DNA of 64,000 nucleotides from Octopus vulgaris (taxonomy: Eukaryota): positions 33,976,001-34,040,000 of the forward strand of contig OX597831.1 in NCBI GenBank assembly GCA_951406725.2, written 5' to 3'. The notes under the pieces are model-generated. The model was not told the origin of the DNA. It was given only the letters and a program-made list of their open reading frames with translations, and did no database searches. Position numbers and translations under genes: made by a program. Shown here one piece after another: positions 39,801 to 54,290 of this stretch (position 1 is its first letter; the number at the start of each line of letters is the position of its first letter).

Positions 39801-41292
39801 GGGAACGTGCATTTGTACATGAAAGTACATCAGCTGTTGCGATCGATACTACGCGTAAGCGAGAAAAATGCACGTGCAGTTTGCGCAAAATGCCACAAAA
39901 TGCAGTATATTTAAGAGACCAAAAAAGTAAGATGCAAAAGAGATATTTTCTTCAAACTTGGCATGATGGAAGGAAAGACCATTTGGTTTCTTAAGAAGTT
40001 TTTTTTTTTGCCTTAACTTCGTTTAACAAAACCAAAAATTTTATTGAAATAAAGGCATGCTTAATTATTTTTAATGAAAAGAAAACACTGATTATTTTTT
40101 GTTTAGGGAAGAAAATACTATCTTCTTGCTAATAAATTATTTACCATGTTTGTGTTCTCCCAGTCAACAGCCTTATTATTTCTGGTACTTTAAACTCTTC
40201 GGTTGCATATCTGTGTGAATAAAATCGTTTTTCTTTGGAATAGAAAAAAGTCTATCTTTATTTCATCTTTTGCTGGTGTCTCAAATTTAGGTTAAATCAG
40301 TGTTTCTCAAAGGAGAAGTTGTTTTGAGAAAATTTGGTTTAAATGTTCGACAACTAAGCACCGTCCATTGAAGTGGGGGTGCGTTTTGCTCGTGTATATA
40401 TACATATATATATACATATACATACATACACGCTCACACACATATATATATATATATGCATAAATATGTGTGAGTGTGTGTGTATGAAAATATAAAAATG
40501 TAATGATATATGTGAGTACATATGTCGTCAAAATACATCACCAGGAAACGGTAAATGTCATCGGCTTAACAAAGAATAAAGCCCAAGATATATAAAAAGA
40601 AATATAAAGAAAAACACTCATAAATAAAACAAAAAGATAATATAATACAAACCGGTGCTTTTCAACATAAATCCCTTGTGTGTATATTTGTTCCGCTGTA
40701 GTTACACAGACAAGTTCTTGTCAATCTTGTCACTGTACATTTCCGTGCGGTTATGATCCACAAGTTGGAAACAGTAACCAAAGAGGATATTATGCAGAAA
40801 TTGTGATACGAACAAAAATACATATACAAATAATTGCGAAACGTGATTTTTTACGAGAACGTGTTCTTCCCAACAGGTTTTACTCTCTTCGATTTTCTCA
40901 AGAATCTAAACAGTTATATGACTGTCTTGCTAAATATTTTCTTAGTGATTTTTGAAAGTATGGCATGAGAAGTTTTGGAGAATATGAAACGCAGCTTAAC
41001 ACATCATCACTCATGTATGTATGTGAGAGGAGGAAATCATTGACTTTAATGTGGTGAAGGCAAACTTTGGCCTAAGACTAGATATCAGCTTTCCTCTCCC
41101 TCTGCTTGTCCGTCCAAACAGTAATGAATGTATGTGTGTCTGCGTGTTTATGTGTGTGTTCGTGTGTACAATGTGCAAAAGTATATGCGTGTGCATAAGT
41201 ATATGAGTGTGTGTATGTGTGCTTATGTATCTGCGCATGCAATTTAACATTTCATGAGTATAGACTTAAGAATATATTCATACATACACTTG

Positions 41293-41350
<58 letters not shown>

Positions 41351-41508
41351 TGTATGTATGAGTATATTCATAATTCTATATATATGTGTGTATCTCTGTG
41401 TGTGTGTACATATATAGTTTCCTATATATGATATGAATACTCACGATTTCAGGAATATATATATATATATATATAAAGATAAAATAAGCAACAGGATATC
41501 AAGTAGTT

Positions 41509-41640
41509 ATGCAGTACGACCGTTTCAAGCGGCTCCATTTAACTGAACAATGCATCTTCAGCTGAAGATGGCACTGCACTTAAATTGATGTAATGATTGT
41601 ATTGTTCAATTAAATTGAGCCGCTTGAAACGCTCGTTTTG
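41509..41640. repeat. Back-to-back hammerhead-like motifs around an 18-bp palindrome (family of 5020-5190)
   Basis: CATCTTCAGCTGAAGATG at 41553-41570. CTGAAGA...CTTGAAACG reads outward on both strands. Confidence 0.55.
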
Positions 41641-42656
41641 CGGCCGTTTCAAGCGACACCTTGAATCTTTTGGAAGTTATAGCAGTATTCCAGACAAAAG
41701 TGATAAATTAATTGATATCATGACGACCTACTAGACAATCTAAGTAGTGAAATCTTACATCCGGCTTTATCTACACCAAAAGATAAGGCTTGGGATGGTT
41801 GAAGAAGTGGGATAGCCTGACGGGGAAGCGGTGATAATCGTGCATACATACATACATACATACATACATACATACATACATACATACATACATACATACA
41901 TACATACATACATACAGACAGACAAACAGACAGACATGCACACATACACACACACGCACAAACACACACATATTTATAACAATGCGCAGAATAGATATAA
42001 TTCGCGACACAATGCCATATTCCAAACATTTTTGAAAATCTAATGCCAACATGGAGTGTATTCCTATATTATAAAATGTAATTAAATTCTAATTTATTCT
42101 AATATAGTCTCTGCGCATATTTAACTTCATTCTTCTATTCCTCTACTTGTTTGGATTCATAACAATGCACAGACACACATACATGCACACATTTATAATA
42201 TAGAAATGCATACATACACACATATATTTACATATGTACACACACTATTATATTCTTTAATACAGGTCTCAGTTTTTGGGCTGCAGTTGTTGCTGGGGCT
42301 CTGGCTCCAAGTGCTTCAGTCGATGATATCGACCCTAGCACATATATGTATTGGATACACATTTTATCGATCTATATGTCATCGACTGGCTATATTACAT
42401 TATTGATACACCACACAAATTCACAGTTATATGCACGTGTATGCGCACACACATATATATACATACACACATATATATACATATACATACATATATATAT
42501 TTAGAAAGAGAGAGAGCGAGAGATGGATGGGGAACGAGAGGGAGGGAGAGAGAAGAATGTTTACTTATATATATATATATAATTATTTGAGGGAATATTA
42601 ATCCTAACTTACGGGGAAAAAGTTCAATTTAGAAATACTAAATCAAATTTCACACA

Positions 42657-42720
<64 letters not shown>

Positions 42721-42803
42721 AAAATACCCACCTTTTATCGATTCATTTTGAATTGATAAAAGGTGGTTTTTTTCTAATTTATATATATATAGATATATAT
42801 ATA

Positions 42804-43700
42804 CGAGGTCTGATCAATAAGTATCCGGACAGTTGCGCCAGAGTAACGAAACTATAGTATGCAGAGTAAAGCTTCTTGGCAAAGTTTGACCTTGAACACT
42901 GCCGTATAAGTGCACTAAGTTTCAACGTTCTAGCTTACTTCCGCTGTTTACAGCAGTGCACGGAAGGAAGGTGTGTAGCGTCTGATTATCGCATTGAAAA
43001 TGACAGAGACGGTTGAGCAGAGAACCTGCATCAAATTTTACCAAAAGCTTGGCGATACATGTTGAGAGGCCTATGCAAAGTTTTCAAAAAGTTTTCATTG
43101 TACTTGACGCAATCAGCGAGATTTTGTGCAACAGAAACCCGTGTGTCTTACTGATCAGCTGAAAGCAGTTTTGGCACTAACTTGGCAGACACGCGTCTCA
43201 TACTCAAATCTTCAGTGATAATGGACTGAACTGATCCGTAACCAATTTACACTTCCTCTGGTAACTCATAGGTGATGATTCGACTATTTCTCCATCACAG
43301 CTGTACGCATATATGCGATGAATTTTTCAGTTCTGCTGGTTGAGGGTCTTCCAGAACGTTCGTCAATATCAACATTTTTCGGCCATCTTGGAAACAGGTG
43401 AACCACCCATACGCTTGTGTGCAGCTCATACACTCCTCTCCATACACTTTCTGCAACTTTTCGTAGACCTCTGAGAAGGTATCCCTATGAAAACTTTCTC
43501 TGTCATGGTCAATACGATCATCACACGCTACACACCTCCCTTCGAAGCACTGCTGTAAACAGCGAAAGTGAGCTAGAACAAAAAAACGTATTGCACATGT
43601 AGAAACAAGGTGCAGATCAATCTGTGCGAAGCGGTTTTACTCTACGTTCTTTAGCTACGTTAATATGGCAACAATCCGGATACTTGTCGATCAGACCTCG
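42804..43700. mobile_element. Non-autonomous mariner element built from two opposed 5' ends
   Basis: TA TSD and TIR CGAGGTCTGATCAATAAGTATCCGGA / TCCGGATACTTGTCGATCAGACCTCG. The inverted arms extend more than 200 bp, through the transposase ATG. Confidence 0.9.
43085..43506 (-). pseudogene. mariner transposase N-terminal fragment
   Basis: EVYEKLQKVYGEECMSCTQAYGWF..FQDGR..DIDERSGRPSTS...IITEDLSMRRVSAKLVPKLLSADQ (WVPHEL-type motif), with frameshifts. Confidence 0.85.
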
Positions 43701-44057
43701 TATAATATGCATAAAACACGTGAGTATACACACACACACAGGGACAGAAAAACACATTCACATAGGTATGTGTAAAGGTAAGATTCAAGGATCAAAGTGT
43801 ATGAAGTTTGTAGGCTTCGAGCAGTCCGTAGGTTGTATAAAAAATAACTTTCAGAAAGAATATGCCTATACTTTATAGTTATATATAAAAATGAGTTGTG
43901 TAACATGGATTCAGAGAATCGTACCACTATCGCTGTAATTTTATATAATACAGGCATACATACATACATGCATACTTATATACACACATATACATACACA
44001 CACATACAAACACATATATATAGCTATAGGTATGCACACATATGTATATATATGTGT

Positions 44058-44109
<52 letters not shown>

Positions 44110-44111
<2 letters not shown>

Positions 44112-44445
44112 CATGGTGCCAAAGATCCCAACATCACCATCAAAATACAGGACCAGAAACAGCTTGGGTTTCAGGGGACCACAGCTCTTCAAAATCCTTC
44201 CCAAATGCCTCAGAGACCTGCATTTTGTGGATGTGCATTTCTTTAAAACTAAACTGGATATCTTCTTGTTTGGAGTTCCAGATGAACCTACCTCTCGGCA
44301 GGAAACACAGATGCAGGCTGCGACGTCGAACTCTTTTGTCGACCAAGTGCCACGTATCAGAGGTAGTTTCACATACTAGTGTAGCACATTTAAGGGTGGT
44401 GCCCCAGCATAGCCGCAGCTTTCGGGCTGAAACATTTTTACTGAT
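44110..44445 (+). mobile_element. CR1/L2-group LINE 3' end (ORF2 C-terminus plus 3' UTR stem-loop)
   Basis: [21 protein letters not shown]...[17 protein letters not shown], stop at 44379, tail GGTGCCCCAGCATAGCCGCAGCTTTCGGGCTGAAAC. Confidence 0.75.
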
Positions 44446-45099
44446 TTAAGGATTTAAAGATATACATATATCTAATTGGGTGAGCGTTTGTACGTGTGTA
44501 TGTGTGTGTATCTACATGTATATGTACGCATGGTGCCGTATATGTACGGATTTGAAGTGCTACGCAGTGATTCTGGCTTTAGACAAAAACGTATAAGTAG
44601 ACCATGTTCGTCCGAGGCACCCTCTATCCAGTTCAAACGAATCATGCATTTCTGAGTAATTATCTCATCTTCTGCACCTAATACTGGAAAGAGAGTCACC
44701 CCGAACTGACTGCAAGAAACTAAATCATTCTTATAATATTTCAGTCGAATCACTGTCATAGGTTGTACTCAACGGCAACCCAGTCAGTGAAATTGCTGAT
44801 TACAAGTGTTGAGCACTCGTGGAAACAAATTATATAAAATTCTCACTATAGACAAAAAAGGGTGCCACCTTTCTTGGTGATCTGTTAGCTTTCTATATTT
44901 GCATTAATCTGCGAATATATAATTGTACAGAAAAACGCTGAGCATACATATTAATAAAAGCATCTGTACATAATTTCCTACATGCTGAAATTAATGGTGT
45001 ATGAACAAGGCTGTGAAACGGCCGTAAGGCTATGGGCATCACGTGGTTAAATATATATATATATATTCAACTTACAAAAACGCTTGGCTTTGTTTATAT

Positions 45100-45168
<69 letters not shown>

Positions 45169-46845
45169 AATCTATCTTATACGAGTATAAACACATGCAC
45201 ATATATAAAGCTGTTTGTACGCACATATTTTAAATCTACATCTTGATAAATATATACTTAGACAAGCTGTCTCTTTTCTCTTTTCTTTTTCTCACTCACA
45301 CACTTAAACACGATGACAACGCTATACAAGCATATTACAGAAAGTATATACAAATATATGCATGAGTATCTGTGTATCACTTATACATACATATATATAT
45401 ATGTGTGTGTATAGGTATATATATAGGTATATATATGTGTATAGGTATATATATGTATGTATGTGTACATGCCTACACACATACACACTACGCCAGTCTG
45501 TTTTTTTCCCCAACAAATTGATATATCATTATTTTATCGAGTTTCTTTCCATGAATCATCTGACAAATAAAGAAAATATAAAAATATATACACACATAGA
45601 CAAGCAAATATAAGATAAAGTAAATATGTAAAACCTAAGTTAAAGAGTAGGCTGAGTAGATGATCGCCTCTTAAAAATTTTATATGTAAAATATCTATAT
45701 TTAACTATATCACATCAAATTGTGATAACTACATTAGTTAACAGCTATTTTCTTCGTTTATCATATTAATACTAGTGGAATACTACGTTCTCAGATATAC
45801 TACTGCGCCGACATTTTGAGAGAAAAAAAATCAAATGAAACCGAAACAACTTAATTTTATTACAGATATATTTGATGAATTATTTCTTCCTATCTTATTT
45901 TCTCTCTCTCACTATATAATTTACTAGGAATGGGAGTCATTGAACTGTAAAGTATGAAATTATCCAATCCTTTTTTGTTTTGTTTTTGTTTTTCTCTTTT
46001 TCTTCTGTTAAATAAATTATAACCTCGAAGATCATATATTTAACGTTAATTATATCTACAGCTATATCAACGACAAAACGAAAAATGGCAATAGGCATGA
46101 TATGTGCATTTGTAATCATTGCTGGTGTTGATGCTTTTGTGATGCTGCAAAATATATAAAATCATAAAACTATCAAATTTAAAATGAAAAAAAAACCACA
46201 GCCACAACAACAATGTTCATCGTCATCATCATCATCATGATATACAGAACAATAACAATAACAACAACAATATACTATCAATTCAATAATACAACCCAAA
46301 CAAAACTATCCACAAACACGAGACACAATCTATATAGCAAATATTCAATAAAATTAACAACCACCAGCAGGCTATCCAAACAAGGGAACACAACGAGCAT
46401 TGCACACAAATAACAGAGTTATCGTAGCGACCGGAAAACGATGAAATACAAAGTCAAATTCATTCTAGGGCTGTGTTTTCTATATCGAGCTTATCTAACT
46501 CTCATCACGTGACTATATATATGTATAGATATTTTATATGCATATACATACACGCGCTCGTGCGCAAACACACTTCTACACTCACATACACACAAACATC
46601 TATGAGTGTACACACACACATACACACACACACACACAGAGACATTATATAAGTAGTTAGGTTATATCCCAGTTATTTACCAGTTGTATTGTTTTTTCTC
46701 TGTCTGAAGAATTTCTAATAGAAAATTCCTTTATGTCTATCGAATATAAATTTGTAATTCCTATGAGCAAAGGAAACACTTGTAATGGTGAATAAATAAC
46801 ATCACAAATTTACAATTTCCTGTTATATATATGTATATATGTATG

Positions 46846-46907
<62 letters not shown>

Positions 46908-46908
<1 letters not shown>

Positions 46909-47255
46909 GCGCAGGAGTGGCTGTGTGGTTCCAGGTTCAGTCCCATTGCGTGTCTTATACTATAGCCTCGGGCCGACCAAACCCTTGTGAGTGGATTTGG
47001 TAGACGGAAACTGAAAGAATCCTGTCGTATATATGTATATATATGTATATGTTTCTGTGTTTGTGTTTGTCCCCCCAGAATCTCTTGACAACCAATGCTG
47101 GTGTGTTTACGTCCCCGTAACTTAGCGGTTCGTCAAAAGAGACCGATAGAAGAAATACCAGGCTTACAAAGACTAAGTCCAGAGGCCGATTTGCTCGACT
47201 AAAGGCGGAGCTCCAGCATGACCACACTCAAATGACTGAAACAAGTTAAAAAAGA
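46908..47255 (+). mobile_element. SINE family A, near full length
   Basis: Head (with internal deletions), body and tail are present. Confidence 0.9.
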
Positions 47256-47275
47256 GTGTATATATATATATGCAT

Positions 47276-47307
<32 letters not shown>

Positions 47308-48358
47308 ATGCATATATCTTCAGACGTATTAAGTGATCCTTTTAACAGTTTTTATATATAACTTTTTATAAAGCACTCATCATTTGTGTGTGAGTATGTG
47401 TATGTCTGTGTATCTGTGTGTGCACGCGTATGTTCTTGTATGCACGTGCCGGGATTATAGTTAGGGAAGATCATTCTGCAACGGAATCAAAGACATTGAC
47501 TAATTGTAATTCACTTCAAATTGATTAATAGTTAGCTAATTAGCTAATTCATGATAAAACTAAACGGAAATTGCAGCCAGAATGTTCCTGTTTGACATCT
47601 GCTAGCTGCTGCCCAGTAGAAAACAAGAACATCTCTTTCAACGCAAGATTTCCCATCAAGCATCTAAATAAAGAAAACTGAATCCAAGTTCACACACACA
47701 GATACCCCACTCATACACACGGACATGCACGCAAGCACACACACGTGCGCATACGAACATAAATACATCTATTCTCTTTTATCTTATGCTTGCTTCAGTT
47801 ATTGTCATTTGACTGCGGCCATGCTGGGGCACGGTCTTGAAGAATTTTAAATTATATATAATGATAGAAATCACTTACATGAACTAAAGGTGTGTTTTTG
47901 CCAATGTTTACTTCGGTATGCACGCTCTATAACCGTGTTTACAAGGGGATTTTTAGAAAAAAGAATAAAATGTAGTTCAGAATTACAGAGAAGACAAAAT
48001 TCATTGCCTTTGTCATAAGGTATCGAGATTGAAAGAATCAACCAATCTAAATTAAACTGTTTATTGTGGTCTTTTAGTTCCCAAATTAATTTACTAAGCC
48101 CTGTACTGTTACGTTTATTCCTATCCCTAAATGTCGAGTAATTATTAGAAATTCTTCTAGATAACGGACTGAAGGAAAAGAAAGATGGTCACGTGAGGAA
48201 AAGGAAGATGGACGATGGTCACGTATGAGCAACAACAGAGAGTAAAAGAGGGAGAGAGAGAGAAACAGATAGAAAACGGTGAATGGAAAAAAGGATTAGA
48301 AAAAGGTTGAGAGAAAAAAACGAAAGGGGGAGAAAGGGAGAAAATGGAAGTAGAGAAA

Positions 48359-48392
<34 letters not shown>

Positions 48393-49365
48393 AAAAGGGG
48401 GAGACAGAAAACAGTATAGGGTACAGTCGCATCAAAATTAAGATAAACTTACTTAGAAATGGATGCGTTGTGTTCAATCATATAATAGTATAAATGATAT
48501 ATATATATATATATATGTAAATCCCAAAATTAAGGAATGGAGTAGATAAAATCCGGGTTACAGATTTTCTATAGCGAGCGGAACCTCGAAAGTAATACTT
48601 ATCCAAGCCGTTCTATACCGCAGGCTATTCTTCCGTCCAAGGATATCTTGATTATATGTAGTTTACATTGCCGTTCAGAGATTGTTTGAAACTCACTTAC
48701 TTCCTACACCTTGATCCTTGGATCTTAACTTTATATACCTAAATGTGTGTGTGTATCTGTCTGTGAGTTAGTGTGTGTATCTATGCATTTGTTTGTGTTT
48801 GTGTGTGTGTGTGTCTGTGCATCTGTGTGTGTGTCCAAGCCAAATTGCATGACCGTATAATTTTGTTACAAGTTAAATTCTAGACGTTCCTGTAAGAACG
48901 CGTATCATATTACGTCTTCCCCTCCCCTCCGCTATTTGCCAACGCAAAAAGTTTTCCTATGGGGACTTTATTAAATACAATCTTTCAAGCTGATAAAATG
49001 TTTGAGGTGTTGTAAGCTATGTTGACATTGTAAAACAAACATATTCTTTTGAATTTTTTCAACTCTGAATGCGATCGATTGACGTTCTGTTGGGTATATG
49101 ATCACTGGACATAGCGTCGATTTGTTGTATAGGTTTGTGTATACGTATACATATATATATACATATATACATAGTACTGACATATACAAACACAGACACA
49201 CACACAAACATACACACACGCGCGCACAATAACGCACGTGCGCACACACACACAACCCCACACATATATGTTTATATGTGCTTGTGTGTGTACGTGTATG
49301 TCTAGAATCCCCCTCTGTCTGTATATATCTATATCTATCTATCTATATATCTATCTATCTATCTG

Positions 49366-49454
<89 letters not shown>

Positions 49455-49491
49455 GTGTCTGTCTGTATATATATATATATATATTCTTTTA

Positions 49492-49893
49492 TTCTTTTAA
49501 TTCTTTTAGTCATTTGACTACGGCCATGCTGTAGCACCGCCTTTAGTCGAGCAACTCGACTCCAGGACTTAATCTTTGTAAGCCTAGTACTTATTCTATC
49601 GGGCTCTTTTACCGAACCGCTAAGTTACGGGGAACTAAACACAACAGCATCGGTTGTCAAGCGATTCTGGCGGGACAAACACAGACACACAAACTTATAC
49701 ACACACATACATGCATATATATATATATACGACGGGCTTCTTTCAGTTTCCATCTACCAAATCCCCTCGAAAGGCTTTGGTCGGCCCGAGGCTATAGTAG
49801 AAGACACTTGCCCAAGCTGTCACGCAGTGGGACTGAACCTGGAACCATGTGGTAGGTAAGCAAGCTATCTACCATACAGCCACTCCTGCGCCT
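49492..49893 (-). mobile_element. SINE family A, full length (an uninterrupted reference for the insertion site)
   Basis: Minus-strand head GGCGCAGGAGTGGCTGTATGGTAGATAGCTTGCTTACCTACCACATGG. Confidence 0.9.
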
Positions 49894-49895
49894 AC

Positions 49896-49944
<49 letters not shown>

Positions 49945-49975
49945 TAATAATAGTAATAATAATAATAGTAATAAT

Positions 49976-50031
<56 letters not shown>

Positions 50032-50154
50032 GAAGAAGAAGAAGAAGAAGAAGAAAAGGGTAATGTTAATTAATTAATTGATTAGTAATTAATAATTTTA
50101 CCAAGGAGTTCGGAACGTTAAAATAACCTCTTTAGGTAAGATTATACAAATATT

Positions 50155-50362
50155 ATTTAATTACAAGCATAATTATAATCAGGGGACAGCTAATTGCTTC
50201 GCCACGCACCGAATTCAGTAATAGTAGTTAAAATACCTTTTCTGCTACTATCTGGGATATATTCATGGTAACGGAAAATGTATTTTAACTACTATTTCTA
50301 AATTTGGTGCGTGGCGAAGCAATTAGGTGACCCCTGTTTATAATTATGCTTATAATTATAGA
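50155..50362. repeat. Fold-back inverted repeat, arms of about 95 bp
   Basis: GCTTCGCCACGCACC...AGTAGTTAAAATAC / GTATTTTAACTACT...GGTGCGTGGCGAAGC. Confidence 0.85.
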
Positions 50363-50496
50363 ATATTTGCATATATGTATATAATATGCATATAAATGAG
50401 GGAAAAACCACTATTATGCTATTCAAACAATGATAGGCATAAACCAAATCTTAAATACAAAATATAATATATTTAGAACATAATAAAACATAATAT

Positions 50497-50585
<89 letters not shown>

Positions 50586-51623
50586 TTATATATATATATA
50601 TATTTATATATATACATACATAAACACATACATATGCTTGCGCGCGTGTATGTGTGTGTGTGTGTGTATGTATGTGCTGAATGACACACGATACGATTTT
50701 GCGCCTCCATCTCCAACAAAATATATTTCCGAAATTTTGAAAGTAGCCCTACACAAAGTTTTTATTTTCTCACGCTTTCTCAAGTATTGCTTTTAAGGAT
50801 TTCTTCGTAGAAATACGAGGATTTAGATTGTGAAATGACCTCTCACCCACCCGCACAGAACATGAAAAAACTGTGTTTTCATTTTTCATATTGTCTCAAG
50901 CTATCGGAAAAATATTTTTTTTTCTATAGAATTAAACGGTTGAAACAGCTTTACGCTTAACGTCTACCACGGTCTTGAAATCGTTTGAGAAACCACGTAG
51001 AGGTTGTTATCGAATTTCATGGAAGGTTGTTATCGAATTTCTTGCACAAAATGTTTAGCGGCATTTCTTTCGGCTCATAGCGTCCTGAGTTCAAATTCTA
51101 CCGAGGTCGACTCCGCCACTCTTCTTTCCGGGCCGACGATAAATAACCAGTTGAACAATGGGGTTGATGAAAACCCTCCAGTAAAATTTCGTGTTAATCA
51201 TTGTCCTAAATTACCTTAATTATATGGTGGTTATTTTGCTAAATTCTTCATTATTTGCAAAATTATTTGAGGAAACGTAGAATATTTCAACAGAATATGC
51301 TCGCATTGTAACAAAAAATTTCGAGAATTAAAAATTTCTACAAAAATTTCTATTAATGTTTCAAACACCAGCTTAATAATGACAGGATTATTTTATTAAA
51401 TTCCTCATTAGTTTGAAAATTAATTGAAACAAACGTAACAAATTTGAACAGAAGCTGTGATAACAAAAGTGTTAATCTAATCCAGAGGTGGATCCAACGT
51501 TACAACGTGACAAGGTTCAACACCTATATTAGAAACCTTGACGGTTTCTACAGAGTTTCCTTCAAACCAATTTCTCATAAGATGACCAGAGCCAAAATTA
51601 ATAGATACTTGACCATGATATAA

Positions 51624-51806
51624 GCGCTGGCGTGGGTGTGTGGTAAGAAGTTTCCTTCTCAACTACATGGTTCTGGGTTCAATCCCACTGCGTGGCATTC
51701 TGGGTGAATGTATTTTACTATAGCCATGGGCCGACCAAAGCCTTATGAGTGGAAACTGAAAGAAGCCCGTCGAATATACATACATACATACATACATACA
51801 TACATA

Positions 51807-51863
<57 letters not shown>

Positions 51864-52120
51864 ATATATATATATATATATATACATATGCATAAATGTA
51901 TATATTTATGTATGTCTCAGTCCCCCCGCCTCCGTCGCTTGACAACCGATGTTTGCGTGTTTACGTTCCTGTGAAATAGCGGTTCGGCAAAAGCCACTGA
52001 CAGTGAGTACTAGGCTTACAAAAAATAAGTCTCGGGGTCGATCTGTTTGACTAAAATTCCTTTAAGGCAGTGCTCCAGCACGGCCTCAGTCAAGTGACTG
52101 AAACAACTGAAGGAATAAAA
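51624..52120 (+). mobile_element. SINE family A with an internal microsatellite
   Basis: Head, body and tail are present. Confidence 0.85.
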
Positions 52121-52525
52121 GAATGGTGCTGCTCACTCGGATCGAAACCTTGGCCTTGAGATAAGCGAACTTCGTAACCAATAGGCCATACTCCATGTCC
52201 TACACAAGTAAGCCAGTACTCCGTTGGTTTCGATGACGAATGTTCCAGTTGATCCAATGAACTGGAACATCCTCCTCGTGAAATTAACGTGCAAGTGACT
52301 GAGCACTCCACAGACACGTGTACCCTTCAGCTGACTGAACTGGTGTAATGTGATATAAAATGTCTTGCCCATGGACAGAGTGCGCCGCTGGGCGGCATCG
52401 AACACACGACATTACAATCGTGGACCGAATGCCTCAACCACTAAGCTACTTACCTTCCCTGTCCGACACAAATAATAATAATAATAATAATGATATTATT
52501 ATTATCATCATCATCATCATCATCA

Positions 52526-52584
<59 letters not shown>

Positions 52585-52612
52585 ATTATTATTATCATTA
52601 TTATTATTATTA

Positions 52613-52674
<62 letters not shown>

Positions 52675-52676
<2 letters not shown>

Positions 52677-52868
52677 GGCAGCAAGCTGGCGGAATCGTTA
52701 GCACGCTGAGCGATCTGTTTTCGTCAATTGCTACGTAGTGAGTGCAAATTCCGGCGAGGTCGACTTCGCCTTTCATCCTTTCGGGGTTGATTAAATACGC
52801 CCTGGGTTCTATGTAAACGACTTAATCCCTTCCCCCAAATTCCAAACGCTGTGCGTCCAGAAGAAAGA
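52675..52868 (+). mobile_element. SINE family B
   Basis: Head and core are present. Confidence 0.75.
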
Positions 52869-52894
52869 ATTATTATTATTGTTGTTGTTGTTTT

Positions 52895-54209
52895 TATTCT
52901 GAAAGACTCTCGGATAGTTCTTAATTACCGGTTATTCTTTACTTGAAAACAGACAAAACCAAATCACCAAAGGTTTCAAAAGTGACTCAAAGAGACAATA
53001 TTCTCCTTAGAATGCGAGCTGCACCCAACAATGCTGTCTTCTGGATCACTTCGAGCCTGACAGTTAGCTCTAATATTCTTAATGTGTTTTTCAAAGCCCT
53101 TGGAAGCTGCTCCTAATGCTCCAATTACCACCGGTATCACAATTTCTTTCCTCGTACCTCATAACTTTCCTATCTTGTTCTGCGGTGGCTGCTAATTTTC
53201 AGTTTTTTTCTGTTTCCTTACATTTTACCCTCAAATCGCCTGGTATTGCAGCATCTATTAACTCTACTTTTTTTTCATCTTTATCGATGAGTACGATAGC
53301 TGGTCGTGTCGCCTCTATGACTTGGTCGCACTGCATGTTAAAATCCTAGAGAATTTTCTAATGTTCCTTTTTCCATCACTCCCTCTGGCTTGTGTTTATA
53401 CTATTGTTCGGCTCACTCAAGGTTTGCTTTACCACACAAATGGAAATAGTTGGCCACATTGTCGTGTCTCCTTTTGTATTCTCGTTGTGCAAGCTTACAG
53501 CATTCGCTAACAATATAGCTTATACGAACCAAGCCAGGCTATTCTCCTCTTTCCTTACACAATCTTCACAACACACCAATCTCCGTTCCCCTTCCTTCCT
53601 CTTCACATACAATCTTGATTCATCACTCTTGGAGTGTAGTTCCTAGTTCCTTGTCATTAATTTACGTGTTTTCCGGCCTATCTTTTGTAATTCATGCTTC
53701 TTCCAAGATACTATTCCTGCCCCATATCACATCAAATCAACCGCCCACGTACTGCTCTAATCTTACAGCGGCCATTTAGCTTCGATTGGAGCACAAGCCG
53801 GGTTTTCCTCAAATACTCTTCCTTGTACATTTCTTTCATGTTGTGTTCATTCATCTTATCTTTTTCAATGATACCCAGGTACTTATATCCTTCTTCTCCG
53901 ACTTCCTTTATAGTTTCACCACTTTCCAGCTTGATCCCATGGCTTTTACTGATTTCCCCCCTTTTGAGAATCATTACACCACATTTCTCGATCCCAAATT
54001 CCATGTCCTTATATTTGCTAATCATCTGCACAGTAGCCGTCAAACACTCAATTTCTTTCTCGGTCTTAGCGAATAGCTTTAGGTCATCCATAAACCACAG
54101 GCTGTTTACTTTCACCCGGCCTAGCACGTACTCCACACGCATCTTTCTTAAAACGCTCGTTAGTGGCAGGTTGCAGACAACAAATAGGAGAGGCGACAAA
54201 CTGTCCCCA
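52895..54209 (-). mobile_element. Dong/R4-clade non-LTR retrotransposon, 5'-truncated and internally deleted
   Basis: RT motifs GDSLSPLLF...FMDDLKLFAK...FGIEKC...YKYLGI; IVSECCKLAQREYKRRHDNVA; RLE motifs RPAIVLIDK...IDAAIPGD...VIGALG. Flanked by (TAT)n. Confidence 0.9.
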
Positions 54210-54219
54210 ATTATCATTA

Positions 54220-54269
<50 letters not shown>

Positions 54270-54290
54270 GTTACTTTTTTTTTCTTCTTC

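Noticed and set aside
52360-52776. Poly-N/poly-I/poly-L ORFs
   Set aside because: (TAT)n/(CAT)n microsatellite between SINE fragments.
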